DNA of 39,080 nt from Dehalococcoidia bacterium (GCA_040882355.1 JBBEBM010000015.1:1-39080), one strand, 5' to 3'; positions 8,330 through 17,651 are shown, counted from the stretch's first letter. Notes: generated from the letters alone by a model not told the origin. Numbers and translations are program-made.

Positions 8330-9127
8330 ATGCTACGAACCATCGCAGTACTTAGCATCCTCGCAGCGAGCGCCTTGGCCTTCGCGTGCGACGGCAACGG
8401 CGACGGCTCGTCGCCGACGAACACGTCGCCGGCCGCGACAGACTCCGTCAACCCCGCTGACGGAGCGTCGTCCACGCTGCCGCAGGGCGACGAACCTGTC
8501 GAGCTGGACCCGGCGAATTTCGTCGCGGAGATCGACAACCCCTACTGGCCTATGAAGCCGGGCAACAGGTGGGTCTCCAACGAGACCGACGCGGACGGCA
8601 ACCTCCTTCAGGTGGAGGTCACCGTCACTACCGACAAGCGGGAGATCCTCGGCATCAGCGCTACCGTCGTGCATGACGTTGTGACGCAGGACGGCGAGGT
8701 GCTAGAGGACACGTTCGATTGGTACGCGCAGGACGTGGACGGCAACATCTGGTACATGGGCGAGGACACCAAGGAATACGAGGACGGCGTCGTGGTGAGC
8801 ACGGAAGGGTCCTGGGAAGCGGGCGTCGACGGCGCCCAAGCGGGCGTCGCGGTACCCGGCAACCCGGAGGCCGGCATGACGTACCGGCAGGAATACTACG
8901 CCGGCGAGGCCGAGGACCAGGGTAAGGTGCTGAGCCTTGACGAGCACGTCGAGGTGCCCTACGGCACGTTCGACGGCTGCCTCCAGACCGAGGATACGAC
9001 GGCGCTCGAACCGGACGTGCTCGAGCACAAGTACTACTGCGCGGGCGTGGGCCCGGTGCTGGCGGTCGACGTAGCCTCCGGCGGTGGGCGCGAGGAGCTC
9101 GTCACGTTCGAGGAGGGGGCGCAATAG
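8330..9127 (+). CDS. Acidic lipoprotein of unknown function
   Basis: Lipobox LAFA-C. IDNPYWP, DWYAQD..GNIWYMGE, SWEAG..GA.AG, YRQEYY.GEAED. AAGGAGG RBS. Confidence 0.8.
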   Translation: MLRTIAVLSILAASALAFACDGNGDGSSPTNTSPAATDSVNPADGASSTLPQGDEPVELDPANFVAEIDNPYWPMKPGNRWVSNETDADGNLLQVEVTVTTDKREILGISATVVHDVVTQDGEVLEDTFDWYAQDVDGNIWYMGEDTKEYEDGVVVSTEGSWEAGVDGAQAGVAVPGNPEAGMTYRQEYYAGEAEDQGKVLSLDEHVEVPYGTFDGCLQTEDTTALEPDVLEHKYYCAGVGPVLAVDVASGGGREELVTFEEGAQ

Positions 9128-9216
9128 CGCGACTCGTCGGCCCGGGCTGCCTTCGAGCGAAGGCAGCGAACATGGTAAGCTACAGGAGCGCGGTGAGACT
9201 GCGCTCCTGTACGCTC

Positions 9217-10572
9217 ATGAACGAAGACCTGCTCTCGCTCACTTCTGACATCGTCGACAAGGCGCGCCGCCTGGGCGCCGACGAGGCCGACGCGTTCGTC
9301 ATCTCTAGCACCGAGTCGTCGGTGCGCGTGCGCATGGGCGAGGTCGAGCGCGTCGTCGACGCCGGCTCGCACGCCGCGAGCGTGCGCGTCATCAAGGAGA
9401 AGCGCACGGCCATCTGCTCCACCGCCGACCTGACACCCAAGGCGATCGAGGAGCTGGTGGCGAGCGCGATCGAGCTGGCGCAGATCTCGGAGCCGGACGA
9501 GTTCGCCGGGCTGCCCGACCGCGCCGACCTCGCGCTCGGCGAACAGCCCAACCTCCAGCTCTACGACGAGCGCATCGAATCGCTCTCGCCGGACGAGATG
9601 AAGGACGTCGCGTTCCGCTGCGAGCAGGCCGCGTTCGACTACGACAAGCGCGTGACGAACACGGACGGCGCGGAGATGGGCGTCGTGCGCGGCCAGATCG
9701 CGCTAGCGAACAGCCTCGGCTTCGCCGGCATGTACCCGTCTACCAGCGCGATGCTCGTGATGGAGGCGATCTGCGACGACGACGAGGGTAAGAAGCGCAA
9801 CGCGTACTGGTACACGCTCGAACGCGCGCAGCACCGCCTCGAAGCAGCCGAAGAGGTCGGGCGCAAGGCGGCGGCACGCGCTGTCGCGAAGCTGGGCGCC
9901 CGCAAGATCGAGACGAAGCCGATGCCCGTCGTCTGGGAGGCGCCGGTGGCGCGGGCGCTGCTCCAGCTCGTCGGCCAGGCCGTCTCCGGCGAGCTGCTCT
10001 ACCGCCGCTCGACCTTCCTCGCCGAGCTCGAAGGGCAGCAGGTCGCCTCGCCGCTCTTCACCCTCACCGACGACCCGCTGATTCCGGGCCAGATCGGCTC
10101 GCGCCCGTTCGACGGCGAAGGCGTGCGCTCGCGCTCGGTGCCGGTCTTCGAGGCGGGCGTCTTCCGCAACTTCCTCTTCGACAGCTACAACGCCCGCCGC
10201 CTCAAGCGCGCCACCACCGGCGCCGCCGACCGATCGCTCAGCGCGCCGCCCGCGCCCGGCACGAGCAACTTCGTACTCGTCGCCGGCGACAAGTCGCCGG
10301 AGGAGCTGTGCGCCGGGATCGACGACGGGCTGCTCGTCACCGACACGATGGGCTTCGGTGTGAACATGACGACGGGCGACTTCTCGCGCGGCGCGCAGGG
10401 CTTCCGCATCGAGAAGGGCCAGGTCACGTACCCCGTGACCGAGGTGAACATCTCGGGCAACCTGAAAGACATGCTCGCCAGCATCGACGCGCTCGGCAAC
10501 GATCAGTTCTGGCTCGGCAGCGTCGCCGCCCCAAGCCTGCGCATGACGGAGATGATGGTCAGCGGGCTCTGA
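9217..10572 (+). CDS. pmbA: TldE/PmbA subunit
   Basis: GSRPFDGEG, GVNMTTGDFSRGAQGF, EVNISGNL. No HExxxH, as expected for TldE. Start set at ATG 9217. Confidence 0.92.
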   Translation: MNEDLLSLTSDIVDKARRLGADEADAFVISSTESSVRVRMGEVERVVDAGSHAASVRVIKEKRTAICSTADLTPKAIEELVASAIELAQISEPDEFAGLPDRADLALGEQPNLQLYDERIESLSPDEMKDVAFRCEQAAFDYDKRVTNTDGAEMGVVRGQIALANSLGFAGMYPSTSAMLVMEAICDDDEGKKRNAYWYTLERAQHRLEAAEEVGRKAAARAVAKLGARKIETKPMPVVWEAPVARALLQLVGQAVSGELLYRRSTFLAELEGQQVASPLFTLTDDPLIPGQIGSRPFDGEGVRSRSVPVFEAGVFRNFLFDSYNARRLKRATTGAADRSLSAPPAPGTSNFVLVAGDKSPEELCAGIDDGLLVTDTMGFGVNMTTGDFSRGAQGFRIEKGQVTYPVTEVNISGNLKDMLASIDALGNDQFWLGSVAAPSLRMTEMMVSGL

Positions 10573-10702
10573 GCCTCCCCTATCCTATCCTATCCTGTCC
10601 TGTCCAGTCCTTTCCTTCCCGGTCCTCGCCTCATTCAGCCAAGGCGACTGGGTGCAACAGTCGACCGAGACGGCGGGTGCCAGGCGTCGGTAGCGGCGAC
10701 CG

Positions 10703-10712
10703 NNNNNNNNNN
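10703..10712. other. Assembly gap (10 N)
   Basis: Run of n in the sequence. Contiguity across this point is not guaranteed. Confidence 1.
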
Positions 10713-10910
10713 CCACCAACATTGCCTGCACCGATGACAACCGTGCTTCGTGCTGCGCTCGCGTAGGTGCCCTGCTGCGGGAGGCCTGGAAGGCCTCCCC
10801 TACAAACCGACGCGCGCTCCTTCTCCCGTGGGACAGGCTTCAGCCTGTCGCGTCAGGCTGTCGCCAGAGGCGACTCGCCGAGGCGAGAAGCCCGACCCGC
10901 GAGATGTTCC

Positions 10911-11237
10911 CTACCCTCGTGCCGCTTCCGCGCAGGTCACGCCCTCCGGGCCGACGACGGCGGAGTGCGGCGTGCCCGGCGGGATGTCGAGCCGATCGCC
11001 GGGCGAGAGGTCGACGTTCGCGCCGCCGACGACGAAGCGGATCGAGCCTGACGCGCAGTAGAGCACCTTGTGGTACGGGTGGTCGTGCGCGGCGTAGCGG
11101 TCGCCCGGCCCATTGGACCACCAGCGCGGCGTCAGGCCTTCGCTTCGCAGCAGCTCATCCAGCGCCCCTTCGGTCGGCGGCGTACGCTGGTGCCAAGGGG
11201 TGAGGGTAGCGGTTAATGGTGGAAGGTCGTCTGTCAT
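10911..11237 (-). CDS. Small cupin-domain protein
   Basis: HDHPYHKVLYC..GS and LSPGDRLDIPPGTPHSA cupin motifs. Confidence 0.85.
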   Translation of the reverse strand: MTDDLPPLTATLTPWHQRTPPTEGALDELLRSEGLTPRWWSNGPGDRYAAHDHPYHKVLYCASGSIRFVVGGANVDLSPGDRLDIPPGTPHSAVVGPEGVTCAEAARG

Positions 11238-11264
11238 GTGGAGGCCTCAGACTGGCGGATCGAA

Positions 11265-11315
11265 AGATGCTTCGCGGAGCCTGTCCTGAGCGGAGCCGAA
11301 GGGCTCAGCATGACA
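11265..11315. repeat. REP-like element, TGTCA..CTGAGCG..GCGAAG family (nested copy)
   Basis: AGATGCTTCGC..GTCCTGAGCGGAGCCGAAGG..GCTCAGCATGACA matches copies at 12559-12617, 13749-13823, 24268-24294 and 33877-33898. Confidence 0.75.
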
Positions 11316-11395
11316 AGGGGACCGCCTCGGTCGGCGGGGCGTCGTGGGGCCAAGGGATAACGCTCGCTTCACGCATCGATGCCCATTGTACTCCG

Positions 11396-11454
11396 CCCTC
11401 ACCGAATCCCTCTCGCGCGAGGCGGGAGAGGGTGGCCGGCAGGCCAGGTGAGGG
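11396..11454. repeat. CCCTCACC..CCCTCTC..GAGAGGG..GGTGAGGG palindromic element
   Basis: Nested inverted repeats. Second copy at 18891-18975. Confidence 0.7.
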
Positions 11455-11516
11455 AGTGCCGCACCCTGCTATAATCCAGCCATCGAAACGCCCCCGGCAG
11501 TCAGCGAGGTGACGAC

Positions 11517-12491
11517 ATGGTAGCGGTCTTCGGCGACATCCAGGCCCAGGACGATTACACCCACCCCCTCGGGCCGGAGACGAACTTCAACGAGTCGATG
11601 TACTTCAACTTCTTCGACAAGGCGAAGGGCTACGGCGGCTTCCTGCGCATCGGCAACCGCGCGAACGAGGGCAACGCGGAGGTGACGACGTGCCTCTACC
11701 TGCCCACGGGCGAGGTGCTCTTCATGTACCAGCGCCCGCAGATCGAGCACAACGACGCGATGGACGCGGGCGGCATGCGCTTCGAGACGCTGGAGCCGCT
11801 GCTGAAGCATCGCACGACGTACGAGGGCGGCGCCGTCTTCCTCACCGACCCGTCGCAGATGGCCGACCCCGCCGTCGCGTTCCGGCAGAACCCCCACAAG
11901 AAGGTCAGCGTCGACGTCACCCACGAAGCGATCGGGCCGGTCTACGGCACCACGGGCGCCGGGCGGCGCATCGAGAACCCTGACCAGGAGTTCGGCCGCG
12001 CGCACTACGAGCAACACATGCGTAACAGCGGCTCGATGACGATCGACGGCGAGACCATGCCGATCGACGGCCTCGGCCTGCGCGACCATTCGTGGGGGCC
12101 GCGCTACTGGCAGGCGATCCACTCGTACCGCTGGCTCACCTGCTCGTTCGCGCCCGACTTCGGCATCATGGTCTCGGAGATCACGCCGCAGGAGGGCGGC
12201 CCGCGCAACCAGAACGGCGTCGTCGTCCGCGGCGAGACGCTGGAGCGCATCGTCCGCGTCGACATCGAAACGCAGTTCGCCAAGGACACCCCTTTCCACA
12301 CGCATATGCAGGCGAAGCTCGGCCTCGACAGCGGCGAAGAGATCGAGATCGAGGGCGACGTGAAGGGCTTCATTCCGCTGCGCAACCGTCGCGAGGGCAT
12401 GATCACGCACATCGGCGAGGGGATGACGGAGTACCGCTGCGCGGGGCACGTCGGGTACGGCATTTCGGAGTACCTGGACCAGGTGCAGTAG
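11517..12491 (+). CDS. Conserved protein, probable AttH/tocopherol-cyclase-like fold
   Basis: NFNESMYFNF, HYEQ, G.RDHSWGPR.W, GYGISEY. GAGGT RBS. TGcTATAAT at 11467-11475. Confidence 0.7.
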   Translation: MVAVFGDIQAQDDYTHPLGPETNFNESMYFNFFDKAKGYGGFLRIGNRANEGNAEVTTCLYLPTGEVLFMYQRPQIEHNDAMDAGGMRFETLEPLLKHRTTYEGGAVFLTDPSQMADPAVAFRQNPHKKVSVDVTHEAIGPVYGTTGAGRRIENPDQEFGRAHYEQHMRNSGSMTIDGETMPIDGLGLRDHSWGPRYWQAIHSYRWLTCSFAPDFGIMVSEITPQEGGPRNQNGVVVRGETLERIVRVDIETQFAKDTPFHTHMQAKLGLDSGEEIEIEGDVKGFIPLRNRREGMITHIGEGMTEYRCAGHVGYGISEYLDQVQ

Positions 12492-12558
12492 CGTGACCGA
12501 ACGCGTCCGGGCGCCGGGTGCTGGCGTTAGGCGGTGTTCGCGTCACAGGTACGAAAGG

Positions 12559-12617
12559 CCCTTCGCTCCGCTCAGGGTGACAATGCGATTTGTCATTCTG
12601 AGCGAAGCGAAGAATCT
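12559..12617. repeat. REP-like inverted pair (TGTCATTCTGAGCGAAGCGAAGAATCT family)
   Basis: 12591-12617 is the exact reverse complement of 24268-24294 (27/27). Confidence 0.85.
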
Positions 12618-12664
12618 TGCCGCACTCGCGTCGTGACGATCCCCCAAACCTCCCCAGCGTCCCG

Positions 12665-13705
12665 ATGAACCCGGAAGAGCTTGCCGAACGCCTCAGCGCC
12701 CTCCTCCAGCGCGCGCACGACGCGAGCTCCGTGCGCATCGACGGCCTGCGGCTGCTCACGGGCGGCGCGTCGCGACAGACGTGGTCGTTCGACGCGGTGA
12801 TCGAGGACGCGTCGGGCGAGACGGAGACGCTGCCGCTCGTGCTGCGACGCGACCCTCGACCGGGCACCGGCTCGATGGGCCGCGAGATCGAGTTCAAGCT
12901 CCTCAAGGCCGCCCGCGACGAAGGGGTGCCCGCGCCGGCCGTCCATCTCATGGGCGACGACACGCTCGGCGCGCCGTCGTTCATGATGGAGCGCATCGAG
13001 GGCGAGACGATCGCGCGGCGTATCCTGCGCGACGAGCAGTACGCCGAGGCGCGCGAGACGATGGCGGCGCAGCTCGGCGCGATCCTGGCGTCGATCCACC
13101 GCGTGCCGATCGATAAGCACGGCCTCGACGTGCTGCCGGCGCCGCCGCCCGGCCGCTCGCCGGCCGCTGGTGAGGTCGACAAGTTCGAGGCGGTCTACCG
13201 CGCGATCACGCCGGAGCCGCACCCGGCGTTCGAGCTGGCCTTTCGCTGGCTGCGCGCGCACCTGCCGCCCGCAGACGGCCAGCGAGGCCTGGTCCACGGC
13301 GACTACCGCCTGGGCAACATCATCGTCGGGCCGGAGGGCGTGCGCGCCGTGCTCGACTGGGAGCTGTCGCACATCGGCGACCCAATGGAGGACCTGGGCT
13401 GGGTCTGCGTGCGCTCGTGGCGCTTCGGCAACGACAACCTGCCCGTCGCCGGCGTCGGCACGCGCGAGCAGTTCTGGCGCGCCTACGAGGCAGCGGGCGG
13501 CACGCCGGTCGACGCGGAGCGGGTGCGCTTCTGGGAGACGTTCGGCAACCTGCGCTGGGGCGTGATCTGCATCGGCCAGGCGAAGGCCTATCTCGACAAC
13601 CCGGGCAAGGGCGCCGCCGGTCCCCAGCTCGAGCTGGGCAGCATCGGCCGCCGCATCGCGGAGACGGAGTGGGAGCTGCTGGAGCTAATGGAGGGCACCG
13701 CATGA
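12665..13705 (+). CDS. APH-like phosphotransferase
   Basis: GGASRQTW, LVLRRD, HGDYRLGN, LDWELSHIGDPMEDLGW, SWRFG. Start set at ATG 12665. Confidence 0.9.
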   Translation: MNPEELAERLSALLQRAHDASSVRIDGLRLLTGGASRQTWSFDAVIEDASGETETLPLVLRRDPRPGTGSMGREIEFKLLKAARDEGVPAPAVHLMGDDTLGAPSFMMERIEGETIARRILRDEQYAEARETMAAQLGAILASIHRVPIDKHGLDVLPAPPPGRSPAAGEVDKFEAVYRAITPEPHPAFELAFRWLRAHLPPADGQRGLVHGDYRLGNIIVGPEGVRAVLDWELSHIGDPMEDLGWVCVRSWRFGNDNLPVAGVGTREQFWRAYEAAGGTPVDAERVRFWETFGNLRWGVICIGQAKAYLDNPGKGAAGPQLELGSIGRRIAETEWELLELMEGTA

Positions 13706-13748
13706 CTCGATCTCAAACGATCGTACACGCCACAGGGAGGCCTGCGTT

Positions 13749-13823
13749 TGTCATGCTGAGCGCAGCGAAGCATCTTTCGTTGCAAAGGGCGAGGCAAGAC
13801 CCTTCGCTTCACTCAGGGTGACA
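13749..13823. repeat. REP-like inverted pair between the phosphotransferase and DUF6285-like gene
   Basis: TGTCATGCTGAGCGCAGCGAAGCATCT ... AGACCCTTCGCTTCACTCAGGGTGACA. Confidence 0.8.
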
Positions 13824-13835
13824 AGGGGGAGACGC

Positions 13836-14222
13836 GTGCAAGACCGACCCACCTATGACGAACTGCTAGCCGCTGTCGAGCGATTCCTCGACGAAGAGAT
13901 CGTGCAGAACACGCAGGGGTCGCGCGGCTTTCACGCGCGCGTCGCCGCGAACGTCCTGCGCATCGTGCGGCGCGAGCTGTCGAACGAAGACCAGCAGCTC
14001 GCGCGCGAGTGGGCAGGCCTGGACGACCTGCTCGGCGCGCAGGAGCGCCCGAACGCCCGCGCCGCCCTGCGCGAGGCGCTCGCATCGCGCAACGCCGAGC
14101 TGTGCGAGCGCATCCGTAATGACGACAGTGCTCTCGACCAGTCGAACGTCGTCGCGCACGTGCGCCGCACCGTCCGCGACAAGCTGCTCGTCAGCAACCC
14201 GGCGTGGGTGGGCAATGCCTAA
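13836..14222 (+). CDS. DUF6285-like small helical protein
   Basis: QDRPT..ELL.AV..FL, FHARVAANVL.IV.RE, KL.V.NP. Follows the phosphotransferase. GTG 13836 with GGGGAG RBS. Confidence 0.75.
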   Translation: MQDRPTYDELLAAVERFLDEEIVQNTQGSRGFHARVAANVLRIVRRELSNEDQQLAREWAGLDDLLGAQERPNARAALREALASRNAELCERIRNDDSALDQSNVVAHVRRTVRDKLLVSNPAWVGNA

Positions 14223-15126
14223 GCCGCCGCCAGCCGACTGGCTCGCGTCCTTCACCACCGCCGCCGCCACAAGCGACATGGCAGACGCGCTTGCCGTGCT
14301 GGAGGCGCGCGCGACGGCGCACGCGGGCACACCGAAGTCGGCCGAGAAGATCGCCGCCTGCAAGGAGATCATGCGCGCGGCCGGCGACGACGCGAGGGCG
14401 CTCGCCGCGTGGTGTCGCTGGCTGGCGCAGCAGGACAGCCCGACGGCGAAAGAGCTGCTCTGTGTGCTGCTGCCGTCACACTACCCGCGCGCGCCGAAGC
14501 AGGCGCTCAGGTGGCTGCAGAAGCTGTCCGACGACGGGAGCTGGGAGGTGCGCGAGTGGGCGGCGAGCGCCCTCGGCGAGCTGCTCGACGCCCACTTCGA
14601 CGAGCTGCTGCCGGTGGCGCAGGCGTGGGTGCGCGACGACTCGCAGTTCGTGCGACGGGCCGTGGTCGTGGGCGCGAAGTACGCGGCACAGAAGCGCCAC
14701 CCCGAGCGAGGCAAGCCGCTGCTCGACCTGATCGAGCCGCTGGTGACAGATCGCGCCGAGGAGGTGCGGCGCAACCTGGGCCCGTTCGCCATCGGCGACG
14801 GCTACCTGCGCTCCTACCCGAAGGAGCCGCTCGCGGCGGTGCGCCGCTGGGCCCGCTCAGACGACGAGCAGTCGCGCTGGAACGCGGCGATGGTCTTCGC
14901 GGCGGCGCAGGCCCAGCACCACGTCGACGAGGCGCTCGCCGTGCTCTCCGACCTCGCCCGCGACCAGCGTCGCTACGTGTGGATGGCGGTCTCGTCCGCG
15001 CTGCGCAACCTCGTCAAGCGCGCCCCGGAGCGCGTCGTCCCGGAGATCGAGACGTGGCTTCAGGACGACCGCCGTCTCCCCGCCGCGCTGGCGCTGCGCG
15101 GAGTAAAACGCGAGCCACCGGCGTAG
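14215..15126 (+). CDS. HEAT-repeat protein, DNA alkylation repair (AlkD-like) family
   Basis: Repeated motifs DD.SWEVREWA, W..DDSQFVRRA, D...YVWMAV..ALR. Start overlaps the upstream stop. Confidence 0.7.
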   Translation: MPKPPPADWLASFTTAAATSDMADALAVLEARATAHAGTPKSAEKIAACKEIMRAAGDDARALAAWCRWLAQQDSPTAKELLCVLLPSHYPRAPKQALRWLQKLSDDGSWEVREWAASALGELLDAHFDELLPVAQAWVRDDSQFVRRAVVVGAKYAAQKRHPERGKPLLDLIEPLVTDRAEEVRRNLGPFAIGDGYLRSYPKEPLAAVRRWARSDDEQSRWNAAMVFAAAQAQHHVDEALAVLSDLARDQRRYVWMAVSSALRNLVKRAPERVVPEIETWLQDDRRLPAALALRGVKREPPA

Positions 15127-15213
15127 GGGAGGCCTTCAGGCCTCCCGCCTCGACACCCGATCACGATGAGCGTTTTCGCAGGGGCCGGACAGAGGTGAAG
15201 CTCTGTCCCTACA
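15122..15213. repeat. Pair of GTAG-family REP hairpins
   Basis: GTAGGGGAGGCCTTCAGGCCTCCC (15123-15146) and GGACAGAGGTGAAGCTCTGTCCCTAC (15187-15212). Related copies at 2291-2327, 10777-10804, 23297-23326, 24345-24370, 25285-25310, 31492-31517 and 38252-38275. Confidence 0.8.
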
Positions 15214-15255
15214 TTCCGCCTTCTCACCCTGCGCACCGGCAGGAGCTAGCGGCGC

Positions 15256-15996
15256 CTAATCCTTCAGCTCGTAGACGATCTGCACCTGGACCTGCACCTC
15301 GAGCTCGCCGGGCTCGATTGGGGTCACGCCTTCGTCTCTAGCGTCGCCCTCGCCCGAGGGGACGGGCACGGCACCGCCGCTCTCGGTGATGGAGAGAACG
15401 CGGCCCAGCTCGGCGCCCGCAGCGTCCGCGAGGGTCTCGGCGCGCTGCCGCGCCTCGTTCACCGCCAGGCGCCGCGCCTCGGTCTCGATATCCGACGGGT
15501 CATCGATGGTGAAGCTCAGGTTATCCACCCGCGACAGGTCGCCTCCCGCGGTCAGCGCCGCGTCGACGAGTTCGCCGGTCTTATCGATCTCGCGCAGCTT
15601 CGCCGTGACGATGTTCGTGACGACGAACCCGCGGAGCACCTGCCTGTCCTGCTCGAAGTCGTAGCGGGGCTGGACGGAGAAGCGCGAAGTCTGGATATCG
15701 TCCTCATTCACACCGCCGTCTTTGAGCGCCTGAATGATGCCCTCCATGGAGCCGGCCGCTTGTCCACGCGCCTCCTCGACCGTCGCCGCTTCGGCCTCGA
15801 CGCCAAGCGTCACCACGGCGACGTCGGGCACACCGAACGCCGAGCCCGCCCCGGCAACCGTGACGCCCGACGGCTCCCCTTCCGATGGGAGGACGGTCGT
15901 CTCATCCGTGCAGGCGTAAAGCGCCAGGCCGATAGCGAGCGCCACCAACAGCCATGCGCCGTTCGTTACGCGGAGCAGTTGCCTCGGCATAGTCAT
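15256..15996 (-). CDS. SIMPL (DUF541) family exported protein, possible lipoprotein
   Basis: V.GAG....PD.A...LGV, DIQTS.FSVQPRYD, AR..AV..AR.RAE.LA, PIEPGE. LYA-C near the N-terminus. AAGGAG RBS. Confidence 0.88.
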   Translation of the reverse strand: MTMPRQLLRVTNGAWLLVALAIGLALYACTDETTVLPSEGEPSGVTVAGAGSAFGVPDVAVVTLGVEAEAATVEEARGQAAGSMEGIIQALKDGGVNEDDIQTSRFSVQPRYDFEQDRQVLRGFVVTNIVTAKLREIDKTGELVDAALTAGGDLSRVDNLSFTIDDPSDIETEARRLAVNEARQRAETLADAAGAELGRVLSITESGGAVPVPSGEGDARDEGVTPIEPGELEVQVQVQIVYELKD

Positions 15997-16044
15997 ATCA
16001 GGTCTCCTTACCCTTAAGACGCTCTACACGAGCCGCCGGTTCCC

Positions 16045-17040
16045 CTACGCCCGCGCCAATTCCTTCAGCATCGTGACGGCCGTCTCCGCCTGCTGCGCGG
16101 GCTCGGGCGAGGTGGGGATGAAGCTGAAGATGGGGACGGTGACGCCGTTGCGGCAGTAGGCCTCGACCTTGTCGATGCGTTCCTGGCGGTCCCCCATCAC
16201 GAAGATCTCTTCGATCACGCTGTCCGGCACCAGCTCCGTCGCCGACTTGCGATCGCCCGCCTGCCACGCCTCGATCATCGGGCGCAGCGCCTCGCCACGG
16301 CCGAGCCACTGGTGGAACGCGCTGTATACGGGCGTGGTGAAGTAGCCGGCGATCGCCCGCCGCCCGATGAAGCGCAGCATCTCGTCCGGCGCGGGCGGCA
16401 TGACGAAGATCCGGCAGGCGACTTCGAGCGCGTCGGGGTCGCGTCCGGCGCCGGCCGCGGCCTTTCGGGCGACAGCAACGGTCTTCGGCACATCGTCCGC
16501 GGAGAGCCAGTTGATGATCACGCCCTCCCCTTCGGCGCCCGCAAGCGACAGCATCTTCTCGCGGAGCGCGCCGATGAAGATCGGCGGCGTCTCGGCGAGC
16601 CGGCGCCCCAACCGAAAGCCGCGCACGCCCAGCGCGTCGCTCGCGACTTTCTCGCCCGCGAGCGCGCCCCGCACGAAGCGCACCGTCTCGCGCACGCGCT
16701 CGAGCGGCCGGCGCAGCTCGATGCCGTTCCAGTTCTCGACGATCGCCGGCGAGCTCGCGCCGAGGCCGAGGCAGAAGCGGCCGGGCGCCGCCTCGGCCAT
16801 CGTCGCGGCGGTCATCGCCAGGAGCGCCGGGCCGCGCGTGAAGACGTTCGCGATCGCCGTGCCAACGCGAATGTTCGAGCTGTAAGCCGCGGCGACGGCG
16901 GCCGGCGTGAAGGCGTCCGTGCCGTCGGCCTCGGCGGTCCAGGCGTCGGTGTAGCCCCACGATTCGATCTGCGGCAGCAGCTCGCGGTGCGCGGGCAGCG
17001 GAAGGCCGTCGAGCGGGAAGGTGAAGCCCCAGCGGTCCAT
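16045..17040 (-). CDS. LLM-class (luciferase-like) oxidoreductase, probably F420-dependent
   Basis: GYTDAWTAE, GTAIANVFTRGP, GRFCLGLGASS, IFIGALREKML.LAG. Confidence 0.88.
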   Translation of the reverse strand: MDRWGFTFPLDGLPLPAHRELLPQIESWGYTDAWTAEADGTDAFTPAAVAAAYSSNIRVGTAIANVFTRGPALLAMTAATMAEAAPGRFCLGLGASSPAIVENWNGIELRRPLERVRETVRFVRGALAGEKVASDALGVRGFRLGRRLAETPPIFIGALREKMLSLAGAEGEGVIINWLSADDVPKTVAVARKAAAGAGRDPDALEVACRIFVMPPAPDEMLRFIGRRAIAGYFTTPVYSAFHQWLGRGEALRPMIEAWQAGDRKSATELVPDSVIEEIFVMGDRQERIDKVEAYCRNGVTVPIFSFIPTSPEPAQQAETAVTMLKELARA

Positions 17041-17043
17041 CGG

Positions 17044-17418
17044 CTAGCCCTTCACGTACGAGAGCTTCTCTGCAACCTTGCCGTCGCGGACGCGGAAGAC
17101 ATCGACGCCGCGCACGTGGCCGGTTTCGCCATCCTTCTCAACCCACGTATAGCGCCAGCGCACCGCACAGCGGTCGCCGCCCGCGAACATATCCTCGGTC
17201 TCGAAGTGCGCCTTCGGCGACGAGGCGAAGAAGCGCTCCCAGTAGCCGCGCACCGCGGCCTGGCCCTCGTATCGAGTGCCGTCGGGCCGCGGCTGCGTGT
17301 CCTCGAAGGCGCAGTCGTCGGTCATCAGCGCCATGACGGCGTCGACGTCGTGGCGGTTGAACGCCTCGTTGAAGCGCTCGATGGTTTCGGCGGTCGTTGC
17401 TGTCTCTTGCTGCACCAT
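17044..17418 (-). CDS. SnoaL/NTF2-like protein
   Basis: FNEAFNRHDVDA, G..AVR, RGVDVFRVRDGKVAEK. GGAGG RBS. Confidence 0.88.
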   Translation of the reverse strand: MVQQETATTAETIERFNEAFNRHDVDAVMALMTDDCAFEDTQPRPDGTRYEGQAAVRGYWERFFASSPKAHFETEDMFAGGDRCAVRWRYTWVEKDGETGHVRGVDVFRVRDGKVAEKLSYVKG

Positions 17419-17447
17419 GGCATGCCTCCAGACGCTGCGGGCCTTGG

Positions 17448-17477
17448 TTGACGCGCCGGGCCCGCGCCCTGTATCAT
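17448..17477 (+). promoter_or_regulatory. Sigma70-type promoter for the leader-eis transcript
   Basis: TTGACG (17448-17453), 18-nt spacer, TATCAT (17472-17477). Confidence 0.6.
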
Positions 17478-17527
17478 ACGCTCACTCGCCAGGTCCGCAC
17501 CACACGGCGAGAGGAAGGAGGCGTCAC

Positions 17528-17578
17528 ATGGCATTCTTGGTCATCGAACGTGCGTCTCTTTCCCGTTGCCCGACGTAA
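17528..17578 (+). CDS. Putative leader peptide MAFLVIERASLSRCPT (16 aa)
   Basis: AAGGAGG (17515-17521) 6 nt before the ATG. Lies between the promoter and the terminator in front of the eis-like gene. Confidence 0.6.
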   Translation: MAFLVIERASLSRCPT

Positions 17579-17605
17579 CCGGGCACCCAATCCGCCACCG
17601 GGACT

Positions 17606-17638
17606 GAGCCGCGCACATCGAAGCGCGGCTCGTTTGTT
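17606..17638 (+). terminator. Intrinsic terminator/attenuator in the eis leader
   Basis: GAGCCGCGC-N8-GCGCGGCTC followed by GTTTGTT, just before the GGAGG RBS of the eis-like gene. Confidence 0.65.
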
Positions 17639-17651
17639 ATGGAGGTAGACC

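Noticed and set aside
3977..10572. RiPP cluster built around TldD/E
   Set aside because: No YcaO, radical SAM, lanthipeptide enzyme, transporter or credible precursor peptide nearby.
10631..10800. ORFs and structure across the N gap
   Set aside because: The true gap length and content are unknown, so nothing spanning it can be supported.
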